A stretch of DNA of 60,000 nt from Botryllus schlosseri (Eukaryota): assembly GCA_051294905.1 (NCBI GenBank), contig CM119372.1:24988001-25048000 (forward strand), given 5' to 3'. Shown piece by piece: positions 11,901 to 23,442 of this stretch; position 1 is the first letter of the stretch; each line of letters begins with the position of its first letter. The notes beneath the pieces were generated by a model. That model was given only the letters and a program-made list of their open reading frames with translations. It did no database searches and was not told the origin of the DNA. The translations under genes were made by a program, and so were the position numbers.

Positions 11901-14900
11901 CAACACTATGATTGGAGCTTGGTACCTGCTATGAGAACTGGACGCAGGATCTGACATTCATCCTGTAGCAAAGACCAAAAATTATTTTCATTTAGATCCA
12001 CATTAGCGGTGTCGTACAAAACCCTAAGTGTGAAAGAGAGCCCTGCTATAAGTCGGCAACTTAGAACTCATATAAAAATACAAGTCAAGCCGACGCTACT
12101 TCAAGTGCAAGAAGAATACAACATGTCCGAGAAGAACTCGCATAATCATGACAAAGATAGGTGCGACTGCGATTATCGAAGTTACAATCGGTTGCCGTCA
12201 TAAGAGGTAAGCATCGCCTATGTCAATATCACTTTCTTTTGACCAAATCTAAAAAGTTAGCAGTTTGGATCCATACAGTAACATGGTTGTCTAAAAACGC
12301 AACCACTCGAGTGAGGAGTGGAAGCAGATAAATCCCACTTGAGTACTCCATAAAGGTTGCAGGCCTACTTTGTAAATGGCCATGTTTGTGTGTAATGGCA
12401 AGGGTTGTAATGACTCGAGTCACGATTTTTTGGTGACTCGACTCCAACAATTTTTTCAAATGTGTAAAATGACTCGACTCGAGTCAATTTGTGACTTGTA
12501 CTCGAGTCATTGTGCCCGACTCGAACCAAGTCATATGACTCAAGACTAGGACAGCCAAGACAGACATTTCATCGTAACTTCGAAGAATAGTACAGTCACC
12601 ACATTATTGGTATTTCGTTCATCAGCCCTAATACTTGAAAACAGGGCCAGAAACTGTTAGGACTGAGGAAAGTTACGATATCATGAATGCGAGCCTTCCT
12701 ATATCACTCGAGCAAAGTTGAAAAACGTGGGTTGAGCCGGATTGAGTTCAAAACTAAACAGTGAATGCAATGACTCGGACTTGACGGTGAATTGAAAATG
12801 ACTCGACTTGACTCAAGTCAAAACTATTAAAGGGAGATTGACTTGTGACTCGGAACCTTGTGAATTGGTTACAACCCTGGTAATGGCAATGACCATAGAT
12901 GCAGATACACCACAAGTACTAAACAACAAAAAAATCGACCCATGTCATTTCTATTCAAGGTATTACCTCCGATTGCATAACATTCTTTTTCGATCTTGTA
13001 TTCCGGCTTGTAGAAGCCACTGAGTTGCCTTTGTCGCAGACGACATCTTCCACACTTGTCTGACGAGTCGATTTCCTTCTCGTACCAGAATCAGAGCTGT
13101 TGGACTGTCTCTTTTTTTCACTGCCACCCGGATTTTCTCGACCGGCCCACTGTTCGTGTCTCGCGGCACTGTTGCCGACCTTTGTCGCATGCTTTGCCTT
13201 CTTTGCTGAAGGAGTATCAATAGCCGTGTCTCTAGATTCAGACATCTTCATTTCGGACAGCGTCACTGCCGACTCCAAATGTTCGGTCAGAGTTTGGATT
13301 TGGAGGCGACGCGAGGCTTTCAAGAACGCGTAAAGAAGCTGAATGTCCGGACCTGCTTCGCTGTCGACATTTTCTAAACAAATATGACATTCAAATCAAC
13401 GTTGATCATATAAGCCAGCGCTTTTCAACCTGTGGGACGGTACACACTTGTGCGGATAAAAAGCTTGCCGTGCGGATGACAAATGTGATGCAGATGATTA
13501 AATTGTGCAGATCGTTCACTTCTTCTGAGTGAAATAATTCAATTTCATTAGAATATTAGGTGTAGTGGCTCTCTAACTTTAGAAGTTGAGACACATTTGT
13601 AAAAACTTACAGGACTTTTCCGACATACCAGTGGCTAATCGTAGCTTTTACAGCAATTTAGTCTCGCGCCAATCGGAGCGAATTAATACTTGTGCACTAT
13701 TAATGTTAATGCTTCTTGGAGGTACAGAACTTCAATATACAATTGAATAGTATCTTCATATTGAAATAAACCCAAATATTTTCGGCTGACACTCGTCAGG
13801 GGTAATCGTCAGCAACTGGTAGAAAATTGTAAAAAACATTGCATATCAATAATCGTATCACAAAATATGACGTCACCGGTATCAAATTTCAAACGAGAGA
13901 GCGTTCAATGTACTATTTTCGGGTGGTACACGAACTCCTTTTGTTGACAGAGTCAGTACATTGAACGCTCTCTCATTTGAAATTTCATGCTGGTGACGTC
14001 ATATTTTGTGATACGATTGTTGATATACAATGTTCTTTCCAATTCTCTACTAGTTGCTGACGATTTCCCCTGACGAGTGTCAGCCGAAAATATTCGGGTT
14101 TATTTCAATATGAATATACTATTCTGTTAATGTTACATAATCAAAAGCAGGAATAAAGACCCGGCCAACCAAGCACTAGAAATTGTTGTACAAGACCTCA
14201 CTACTTATGTCGCCGAAAAGGGCTTTATTGCACTAATTGACATTAGAACAATGAAAAGGAGTTGTCTTCTTGAAAAGATACTTGATGACCTAATGCGGGG
14301 AGCTTTGAAGCAAGAAGTCTCACCTATCTAACTGTGGCAGCAATTGAGTTATCGATAAACCGGTCGCCTGCTTGTTGGACAGCTGATGAAAAGTGTTCAT
14401 TTTCTTTTGTATACTAATTTTAGGTTAGATTGTGCGGATGAAATTTGTGCAAAATCAAAAGTGCGGATGCTAATCACAAAGGCCGAAAAGCACTGATCTA
14501 TGATGTAAGTGATAGTCTGTAGACCAGTGTTGTCAAGTGTCAACCTCTTCAGCAAAATTTCAGATCTCAATTCTAGAGATTTTGACAGACAACATGAAAA
14601 CAGTTTAAATTTTCCGTTTGTATCAGAAGCTTGACTGAACAACCTTATGTGTACCTCAGGGTTTAACCAGGTGTTCTTGTAGTGTGGTGAATACTAGTCG
14701 ATGTGGTATAACCTGTGGTCATGAGGATGTTGATCGTTTTTTTTTATGACTAAGGAGTTGGTTTGCATTCACGCGCCATTTCACGGCAGTGAATTCATTG
14801 GCCTACCTCCACTTGCTTTTGCTTTCGACGATTGTCTTTTCGACTTTCGAGTACTTGGTCCTGTGTCTACAAAGAGTGATATTCTTTCAATCGGATATGC

Positions 14901-17900
14901 CGGATCAATGAACTACAGCCATACCGATTCCAGGACTTTTGAAATTCAAATCAATGTTCCCACTGTAGATGAAATTGAGCAGACTGTCCATACAGCAGCT
15001 TATGACTTCATCCGGTAATGCCACCAACAATTTTGAAGTTCCAGGAACCTAGATGCAGCGAGTTGAAATTCATAATTTCATTCATAAATTTACTATCACC
15101 AACAACAATGCTTGTCCTTTTTATATTAATTTAACTTTTCATTCAGTTTACAATGCAATGAGTAGCAGTGTTGGGATCAAGTCACTACCTTTGAGTCACG
15201 AGTCATTTCACATTTTGACTCGAGTCAAGTCAAGTGATTTTTGAAGATGAGTCAAGTGAAGTCACTCGATTTTTGGAGGTGACTCGAGTCAAGTCACAAT
15301 TCAAGTCAAGTTGCCTTTCGAGGTATGAGGTATGATTACGTCATTGCATTTTGCGATCTGTCTGAAATACAGATTGAGTGGTCATTGATTCCGAACCGAT
15401 GAACGAATATCGAGTTCAATGTTGTATCGCTCACATATACTTAGAACTATTAAACTACGTAAGTAATTGCATAGCCTCAGTTTATAGTTACCAGCCAAAA
15501 TAGAGAAACGAATTGATAAGATGCAATACATTACCCATTTACTAATTGATATGATACAATTCGAGCCTGCGCCAGTGGTTGAGGACTATATAAACTATAT
15601 TCGAATTCAAATTCAATAAAATAAGAAGTTTGGTTAAGGTAAGAACAAAGAACAGAAGTAGACATTTTGTTACTAAATTACTTTACTACTAGTATACGAC
15701 AACATAAGCTGTTAGCTTCGATCACTTCGTTTGCGGTCAATTTAGTTGTGAGGGAACAATAGAGGCTCAGTAAAACGCACGATCCTTGAGTGATTGGTCG
15801 CTCTCACGGGTTACACTAGCGCAGTGGTTCTTAATCTTTTTTCGTCCAGCGCCCCCTTTCAAAAATTATCGTGCTTCAGCGCCCCCCTCAACTTCATATT
15901 GTAAGGAATGTAATAAAGACAATGAGTAAGAGGGAGGGCCGTAACAGCACTTCGTCAACCCCCCTAAAAACGATTGCGTTGCGCACCCATAGCGTGATGA
16001 ACCGAACTTCTGAGGGCTTCGCCCCCACAAACCCCATATCGTGATTTTGATGGTCAGCAAAGTTTGTGTGGCCTGGTCGCCCTAGGTACCAAAATTTGCT
16101 ATAATGCATGGTAGTTACATTTATAAGTCGCTATAAACTTTTTATCCTCTCAGCCCACGTAATCAGATTTACCAGTAGCACTGAGTGAGCTGTTGTATAG
16201 GAAAATAAGGGGCACGTAATTAATAATTAAACATATTCGGGCGTTCCCGCAGGTGCAATTATTCGTTACCAGGGCCGTAACAGCACTTCGTCAGCCCCCC
16301 TCCCCAAACATAAAACGTTGGTCCTGGGCCCCCATCGGGTGATAAACCAAACTTCCGGGGGACTTCGCTCCCAGACCCCCATTAGGCTGTCCGCTATTTG
16401 CTGATAGCCTATTAGGTATCTACATTGGGTGTACATTTATTGAGGGAGCTATTCTCGCCTAGTCGCGCGAAGTGCGAAAAATTTCACTAATTAATGATTG
16501 AATTGGTCAATATCATCGGGAATTGCATGTAAATTGAGATCAATTTTTATCCTCTCTCTGCTCACGTTAACACATTTACCGGTAGAGCTGAGTTAGGTGC
16601 AATGTTCCCTCTAAGCTGCGCACGTGCACAGTGCTGACACGGTCTCTGCGCACAGAAAATCTACGTTGCGCACAACAAATCCGGAGTTATTACCTTTTTT
16701 TAGTCGTTACGCACTGTTGTCCAAGGGTCAGCGCAGTGAGTTGTTGAGTGTGCGCAGACTCATCAAAACTTAAAGCGAACATTGTGAGGTTTCTTGGAAA
16801 CTGTAGGGCCCGTTACCAATAATAAAACATATTCGGGCAGGCGAACCCGTTGGTATGACCTCGTTGCATGATGTTATTTCGTGACCCCCTGTCTGCAATA
16901 TCAAAAAATATAGAATCGCTCAACGGGGATATCGCCCAACAGGAATATCCCTGTCGCCCAATCGTATTAAACTAAAAGACGCACACGATTTCAGATTGGT
17001 ATTTCTTCACTGACATATAACTTTTCCCTGCCTGATGGAATTCGTCTTCTGGGGTTCAGATTTCCAAGACAGGAACATTCGGTGTCAGTCATTTAGGCGC
17101 CCATGGACAATTAAACCTATATGTATTTTGAAGGTTATATGTAACGAAGTTTTCGGTGTTAATTTGCTCTGAATACTCATTAAGGATATGTCCTATCACC
17201 ACATCATCTACTGCGAAGCCATTTTTCTCCAGCGCCCCCCATACCGCCCCCCTGAGCCCAGCGCCCCCCATATCGCCCCCTGAGTGTTTCTGCCCCCCTT
17301 CAACATCGCCAGCGCCCCCTGGGGGGCGCTGGGGGCAAGGTTAAGAACCACTGCACTAGCGTTTCGCGAAAAATCCAAACATATGCAAGATTTTTATCGA
17401 CACCGATTACTTGATGACTTGAAATTGACTCGTGAATTTTGCTCTGAGTCACGAGTCAATCCACATTTCTGATACGCCGAGTCAAGCCAAGTCAAGTCAT
17501 TTTACCAAAGTGACTCGAGTCAAGTCAAGTCATACGAAAAAGGTTACTCGAGTCAAGTCATGACTAGAGTCATCCCAACACTGATGAGTAGTACTCCTGT
17601 ACCTGGAAACGACATTTCCGTGAAGTAGCCTACCGTAGTGATCAACCTGTAGTGTTGTCTCCAGGCACTGTTTCGTGGTTGAGTTGGGCATTGTTTACCT
17701 GTTGGTCGTATAAAAAGTATATACCGGTATTGGAACTGAAGTCTGTCTACTGTCATGATGCCAAAATAAGTGGTACTCGATTTTGCACAGCCATAGTGAC
17801 AAATCTTTATAAAATTATAAAATGGAGTTTTGAATAGTGTCACCTGAATTTTGGAAATACCGTTACCAAAACTAGGGATTGATAGACTGGGAATTGATCA

Positions 17901-18965
17901 ATCCTATCGTAACCATGAAAGGGCATTGAAACTTAAAATACCAACTACGGAATAGCACAAATATAGGCATTGTGCTGACTGTCGTGGACAACGTTTCTTA
18001 ATCAGCTAGCCAGCACACAAAAATGTTGGCATGATCATCTGGAAGAGGTGGCAAAGCAGCAGGGTTGAACTGACTCGAGTCGTGACTTGCCTCACGATTT
18101 TTTGGTGACTCGACTTGACTCGAGTTATTTTTGAAATGCGCGATATGACTCAAATCGAGTCATATATGCATGACTCAAACCATTGTAACTTCGAAGAATA
18201 GTAAAGTCACCGCATTGTTGGTATTTCATCTATCACTCCTGATAGGGTACTTGGGAAAAAGGGCCAGAAATTGTGAGGACGGAGGACCATGTTATGTTAT
18301 GTTATTAATATATCATGAATGTAAGGTCTTCAATTTAACACAAACAGAGAAGCGGACGTGTAGTGAAAAAGTGAGTTGAACGGGATTGAACTCGAGAATT
18401 AACAGCGAATACAATGACTTGGACTCGAGTCACAACATTTTCTGACCCAATTTTACAACCACCAGTTTTGATAGACGAAATACCAATTATGTGGTAGCTA
18501 ACTATACTTCGGAGTCACAATGAAATGTCTGTCTTGGCCACCCGAGTCTCGAGTCATAGGACTTGGTTGAGTCAATACATAAATTTCCTCAGTTGAGTCG
18601 AGTCATTTTCCGTATTTTACAATATGACTCGAGACATTACCGCCCTGATTCTGTCACCTGGAGTGTGCACTGTGCATTGTTCAATCATTTGGGCAATATC
18701 CATGTGTCCATGACCGATATCGGCAGCAAACGCAGATCGAGAAATGACATACCATGCATTCGTTCTCCATTGCATCATTCAACAGCCCATCCAAGACAGT
18801 GGATGCCGCTGACAAGACACACCCGTGCGCATTGAAGGATTGGTTGGAGTCGGAACATTTCAGTACGACATCGCAAAACTTGCCCTGCTTCTGTTTCTCA
18901 TGCAGACTGGAGAACATGGTCGATTGATGCTCACTCCAATTCTCATGGTGAGGGACAACCGCCAT
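2902..18965 (-). CDS. BTB/POZ-domain C2H2 zinc-finger transcription factor (ZBTB-like), multi-exon
   Basis: Phase-consistent GT-AG exons (minus strand): 18965-18753 ([29 protein letters not shown]-part), 15048-14925 ([10 protein letters not shown]), 14866-14807, 13373-12967 ([14 protein letters not shown]), 11683-11631, 11328-11202, 9911-9414, 9038-8976, 8124-8059, 7987-7923, 6937-6760, 5833-5728, 5668-5572, 4868-4708, 4016-3799, 3443-3347, 3284-(2935 donor or stop at 2902). About 10 C2H2 fingers, several with HTGEKPY-type linkers. Probable non-coding first exon ends at a gtaagt donor near 19988. The 3' end is uncertain. Confidence 0.88.
6120..6530 (-). mobile_element. Penelope-like retroelement 3' fragment (GIY-YIG endonuclease C-terminus + pseudo-LTR, hammerhead core mutated)
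   Basis: Frameshifted [22 protein letters not shown] homologous to 55326-55592; shared 3' end gaagatctgtacctccaagaag. Confidence 0.75.
7756..7788 (-). ncRNA. Minimal hammerhead-ribozyme motif, divergent variant
   Basis: Minus strand reads ccc-CTGAAGA-g-tattggct-c-GAAA-agat-TA-ggg: core and stem I retained, with loops different from the main family. Confidence 0.5.
8386..8417 (-). ncRNA. Minimal type-I hammerhead ribozyme motif (PLE-associated)
   Basis: Reverse complement cccCTGACGAgtgtcagccGAAAatatTCggg: intact core, stem I ccc/ggg, palindromic AATATT stem III. Confidence 0.65.
8761..8792 (+). ncRNA. Minimal type-I hammerhead ribozyme motif (PLE-associated)
   Basis: ccc CTGACGA g tgtcagc c GAAA atat TC ggg; predicted cleavage after C8789 (UUC). 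Confidence 0.65.
12400..12879. mobile_element. GACTCGAGTC-rich MITE (inverted relative of 388-834)
   Basis: Ends agggttgtaa / ttacaaccctg; internal similarity to 388-834 on the opposite strand. Confidence 0.7.
13710..14125. mobile_element. Inverted pair of Penelope-like pseudo-LTRs (near-palindrome), each with a hammerhead motif
   Basis: ~13745-13915 is the reverse complement of ~13955-14124; hammerhead cores at ~13771-13802 (-) and 14067-14098 (+); 9-bp flanking repeat ttaatgtta (13700-13708 / 14127-14135). Confidence 0.8.
14067..14098 (+). ncRNA. Minimal type-I hammerhead ribozyme motif (PLE-associated)
   Basis: cccCTGACGAgtgtcagccGAAAatatTCggg, identical to 8761-8792. Confidence 0.65.
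15166..17583. mobile_element. hAT-type non-autonomous element with nested insertions
   Basis: TIR cagtgttgggat / atcccaacactg; perfect 8-bp TSD atgagtag (15158-15165, 17584-17591); gactcgagtcaagtca subterminal repeats. Confidence 0.88.
15822..17353. mobile_element. hAT-type element nested inside 15166-17583
   Basis: TIR cagtggttcttaa / ttaagaaccactg; perfect 8-bp TSD cactagcg (15814-15821, 17354-17361); gcgccccc subterminal repeats. Contains a further small caatgttc..gaacattg element at ~16599-16783. Confidence 0.88.
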
Positions 18966-19213
18966 ACTCTCCCTGAAATGTATTTGAACACAGTCAGCCA
19001 AGTTACATACGATAGATCAAGTAAAGAAGTGATATGCTTGAAAGTAATAGACTTAGGCCTATGAGTGTCTGCCTATATCTAGTGAATGTCGCCGATTGGC
19101 AATGTTCACTGTTCCAGGAGATATTTCATCATTTTACTTGAGTAGCATCAGTGATTACTTTGACTATCGTAGTATAGCTTGACTGGACGACCTGAAGATT
19201 GATCACTGATGAC

Positions 19214-19556
19214 TAGGACAAGTTTTTGTTGCAGTTAAATTCGTGAAAAGTTGCATTTATTTTTGACAAAAGTTGCAGTAAAAAGTTGCATTTATCTTGG
19301 ACCAGATTTTGCTCGGCTGACTAAAAAAAAAAGAAAAAGGTTAACTTGGAATACCCGTAAGAGCGTTGCTTCAGTGCTGATTTACGGTAATTCAGTCGAA
19401 TTTGGCCGTGTATTTCACCAAAATCAAAAATACTTTCATGAAAAATCAAAAAAGTTGCATGAAAAAAAATGGACAAAAGTTGTAAAAAGTTGCACTATAA
19501 GATTTCTTCAAACAGCATTCTGAAGCTGCCGGAAGCTGTAACAAAAACTTGCCCTA
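19214..19556. mobile_element. hAT-type MITE (aagttgca-repeat family)
   Basis: Ends taggacaagtttttg / caaaaacttgcccta; perfect 8-bp TSD ctgatgac (19206-19213, 19557-19564); second copy at ~51436-51820. Confidence 0.85.
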
Positions 19557-20774
19557 CTGATGACGTTTGACTTGTATTAAGCTACAGTGAAATTATTTAC
19601 AATTGAGAGATGGCTTTAAGTGGTGAGCGTCGCGTCGGCGCGAATCAATGCTTCAATGGGCGGAATTACAGAATTACAAAGAAGTTGCGTAACAAAAGCC
19701 GTCACTGGGATCCACGGGATTTTGATGTTTATTTGGTAGTACTAATACAAAATTAAGCCCTTGAGATGTTGATAAACGATCGTAGCTTGGACGTTTGAAA
19801 TGCAGCGTGCGATGAGCGTGAGCAAAATTTTATCGCAACATATCTCTGCTATCGTTTCAAACCCTGCAGTATGAAATTCAACAACACAGGGTGCAAAATT
19901 CCATGTCCTTCAATTGACGTTGTATTTACACCGTTTGGAACTCAATCGCATACTTTTACTAAATATGTCAATCTAAATATAACTTACCGAGTAAATGAAA
20001 ACTTCTCTGGCTACTGTCAGAAAAGTATGGCCTCCGAAAACGTCGATTTCTTCAGATAAACAAGTAACTGCATTCACGCCGAGTGAATTAGTGAATCCGT
20101 ATCTCGTAGCAGTGCCTTTTCATCACGTGACCTCGATCAATGTTTCGCATAAAGTAGCAACCATGACATAAGGTCAATTAATACGGTGGTACATACTGGT
20201 ACCTTCGACTGAATTCATCGAAATATTGTTTGGAGGTATATTAGGATCAACGAAATAACGGAGAATATCCATTACTGATGTTAAAAAATTAACTACGGAC
20301 AGCGTTTCCGGAGCTTATTTAGAGTACCGCCTTACAGCGTCACGCATGAGAAAGTTGAAAAATTACCTCAGTGATTTGCCTACCAGTAATTGTCAGGACG
20401 TTGATTGCCTGGAAATATAGCAGGTGATGTTTTTGCGTTATCTGTAGTGAACTTTTCATTGTATCGCAATCATGGTTCCAGTGCCCGGACCAGATTTTTA
20501 ATTATATTTTCGGAATCAGTGTAAAAATATCTTTCAATTGAGACCGGTTTAATAAAATTTTGCGCTCTGGCCGCCAGCTATAAGATTACCGACATTTCCT
20601 GGGCATCCCTAAAAGACGGAGAAGCGGAGGCAGCGGAGACAGCGGAGGCAGCGGAGAACGGACCCTAAAACGCGGAAGCAACGGAGACGGCGGAGAGAGC
20701 CAAAAATGCCGATTCCTAAAAGACGGAGATAGCGGAGAGCGGAGCTTTCGGTCATTAACCTTTACAGACACGCG

Positions 20775-22670
20775 CGACATAGCGGACGGATACTGAAAGC
20801 GGAGTTCGGGGCTCCGCGAAATAGACATAGCGGACGGTTATATAATATAGAATGCGGAGATCAGGGCGTATCGGAAGATGTTTTGAAGCAGTGGAGAATA
20901 ACGGAGAAGTCAGCCATGCGAGTTCAAGGCCAATTTGGCGACTGATTGCCCGTCGATGAGATGACATAGCGGGCGGTTATATAATACAAGGAAAGCGGAG
21001 TTCCGGGCGTATCGGAAGATGTTTCGAAGCAGCGGAGAATAACGGAGAAGTCAGCCATGCGAGTTCAAGGCCAATTTGGCGACTGATTGCCCGTCGATGG
21101 GATGACATAGCGGGCGGTTATATAATACAAGGAAAGCGGAGATCGGGACGTATCGGAAGACGTTTCGAAGCAGTGGAGAATAACGGAGAAGTCAGCCATG
21201 CGAGTTCAAGGCCGATTTGGCGACTGATTGCCCGTCGATGAGATGACATAGCGGACGGATACTGAAAGCGGAGTTCGGGGCTCCGCGAAATAGATATAGC
21301 GGACGGTTATATAATATAGAATGCGGAGATCAGGGCGTATCGGAAGATGTTTCGAAGCAGTGGAGAATAACGGAGAAGTCAGCCATGCCAGTTCAAGGCT
21401 AATTTGGCGACTGATTGCCCGTCGATGAGATGACATAGCGGGCGGTTATATAATACAAGGAAAGCGGAGATCGGGACGTATCGGAAGATGTTACGAAACA
21501 GTGGAGAATAACGGAGAAGTCAGCCATGCCAGTTCAATGCCAATTTGGCGACTGATTGCCCGTCGATGAGATGACATAGCGGACGGATACTGAAAGCGGA
21601 GTTCGGGGCCCCGCGAAATAGACATAGCGGCTCCGCTATCGGAAGATGTTTCGAAGCAGTGGAGAATAACGGAGAAGTCAGCCATGCGAGTTCAAGGCCG
21701 ATTTGGCGACTGATTGCCCGTCGATGAGATGACATAGCGGACGGATACTGAAAGCGAAAGCGGAGTTCGGGGCTCCGCGAAATAGATATAGCGGACGGTT
21801 ATATAATATAGAATGCGGAGATCAGGGCGTATCGGAAGATGTTTCGAAGCAGTGGAGAATAACGGAGAAATCAGCCATGCCAGTTCAAGGCTAATTTGGC
21901 GACTGATTGCCCGTCGATGAGATGACATAGCGGGCGGTTATATAATACAAGGAAAGCGGAGATCGGGACGTATCGGAAGATGTTTTGAAGCAGTGGAGAA
22001 TAACGGAGAAGTCAGCCATGCAAGTTCAATGCCAATTTGGCGACTGATTGCCCGTCGATGAGATGACATAGCGGACGGATACTGAAAGCAGAGTTCGGGG
22101 CCCCGCGAAATAAACATAGCGGCTCCGCTATCGGAAGATGTTTCGAAGCAGTGGAGAATAACGGAGAAGTCAGCCATGCGAGTTCAAGGCCGATTTGGCG
22201 ACTGATTGCCCGTCGATGAGATGACATAGCGGACGGATACAGAAAGCGGAGTTCGGGGCCCCGCGAAATAGACATAGCGGACGGTTATATAATATAGAAT
22301 GCGGAGATCAGGGCGTATCGTAAGATGTTTCGAAGCAGTGGAGAATAACGGAGAAGTCAGCCATGCGCGTTCAAGGCCAATTTGGCGACTGATTGCCCGT
22401 CGATGAGATGACATAGCGGGCGGTTATATAATACAAGGAAAGCGGAGATCGGGACGTATCGGAAGATATTTCGAAGCAGTGGAGAATAACGGAGAAGTCA
22501 GCCATGCAAGTTCAAGGCCAATTGGGCGACTGATTGCCCGTCGATGAGATGACATAGCGGGCGGTTATATAATACAAGGAAAGCGGAGTTCCGGGCGTAT
22601 CGGAAGATGTTTCGAAGCAGCGGAGAATAACGGAGAAGTCAGCCATGCGAGTTCAAGGCCAATTTGGTGT
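20775..22670 (+). repeat. Modular tandem array forming the left MULE arm (12 copies of the ggagaataacggagaagtcagccatg core)
   Basis: ~140-bp core unit with an optional ~46-bp module (gacatagcggacggatactgaaagcggagttcgggg); inverted counterpart with 3 cores at ~25550-26070. Confidence 0.9.
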
Positions 22671-23442
22671 ATTTCGAACTATTCGACAATATATAATAAC
22701 CGGCACATATATTTTTTTCGATCTGAGAACTAATAATTCACTCCAAAATTTTCTAAAAACCTGAAACTGCTCATCTAACGTTACTGTCACACAGGGTTGT
22801 AACCAAGTCACAAGGCTCCAAGTCACAAGTCAATCTCAATTTTGACTCGAGGTCTGATACGATCTGAGGTTGGATCGATCTCAAAATGCGGCGTTGGAGC
22901 ATTGAGCAAGCGCTTTCCGAGTCAAGCCCTTTGACTCGAGGCCTTACTCATTCACTTTTTTTTTACGGTTTGGCCAATAATATTGAGTGCATGGAAATTG
23001 TGCTGTGAGCATGTTTGGTGCCTGAATTCACAATTTCAATTGTAATATATACAGAGGTGGTCAGTAACGAAGTACTTCTACTTTTTCGAAGTGCTCAAGT
23101 TGTTTTCCTCTACTTCTAGTCCTTACTCAAGGAGATCTGATTTTCACTACTTCTACTTCGTAATATTTTGTGATCTACTTACTTTTCGCTATTTTCAGTT
23201 TGTCAAGTAGAAGTAGCCTAATCCTCTAATCAGGAAGATAGCCTGCAGAATTTCGGGGCTGTTTTCACGGAGTATCCACATCTAATTTTCATAAAAGTTG
23301 AGTAAAGCCCAGAATTTTCATCGCGTTTCGCGCGCAGTGGATGCGGCATAAATAAAGCTACACTATATGGCATTTTTACGATGCACCATATTTTTATTAG
23401 CGTTTACTAATCGCGCAAGGTGTTTACACCGTATCCTATAAT

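Larger units (their letters stand above)
13416..14495. mobile_element. hAT-type non-autonomous element (family of 925-2238) carrying a nested Penelope palindrome
   Basis: Ends cagcgcttttcaacct / aggccgaaaagcactg; subterminal regions align by eye with 925-1170 and 1940-2238. Confidence 0.7.

Noticed and set aside
11926..11962. Possible 37-bp extra ZBTB exon (cag..gtacc)
   Set aside because: It would break the reading frame between the phase-matched exons 13373-12967 and 11683-11631.
20250..20420. ~55-codon stop-free stretch (ISITDVKKLTTDSVSGAYLEYRL..) near the ZBTB promoter
   Set aside because: No recognisable motif, no supported start or splice context; length compatible with chance.
20775..22670. 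Repeat array as a CRISPR array, or its MSSHRRAISRQ ORFs as genes
   Set aside because: There are no unique spacers (whole units repeat), no cas genes, and the context is eukaryotic; the array is a transposon arm bounded by TIR and TSD.
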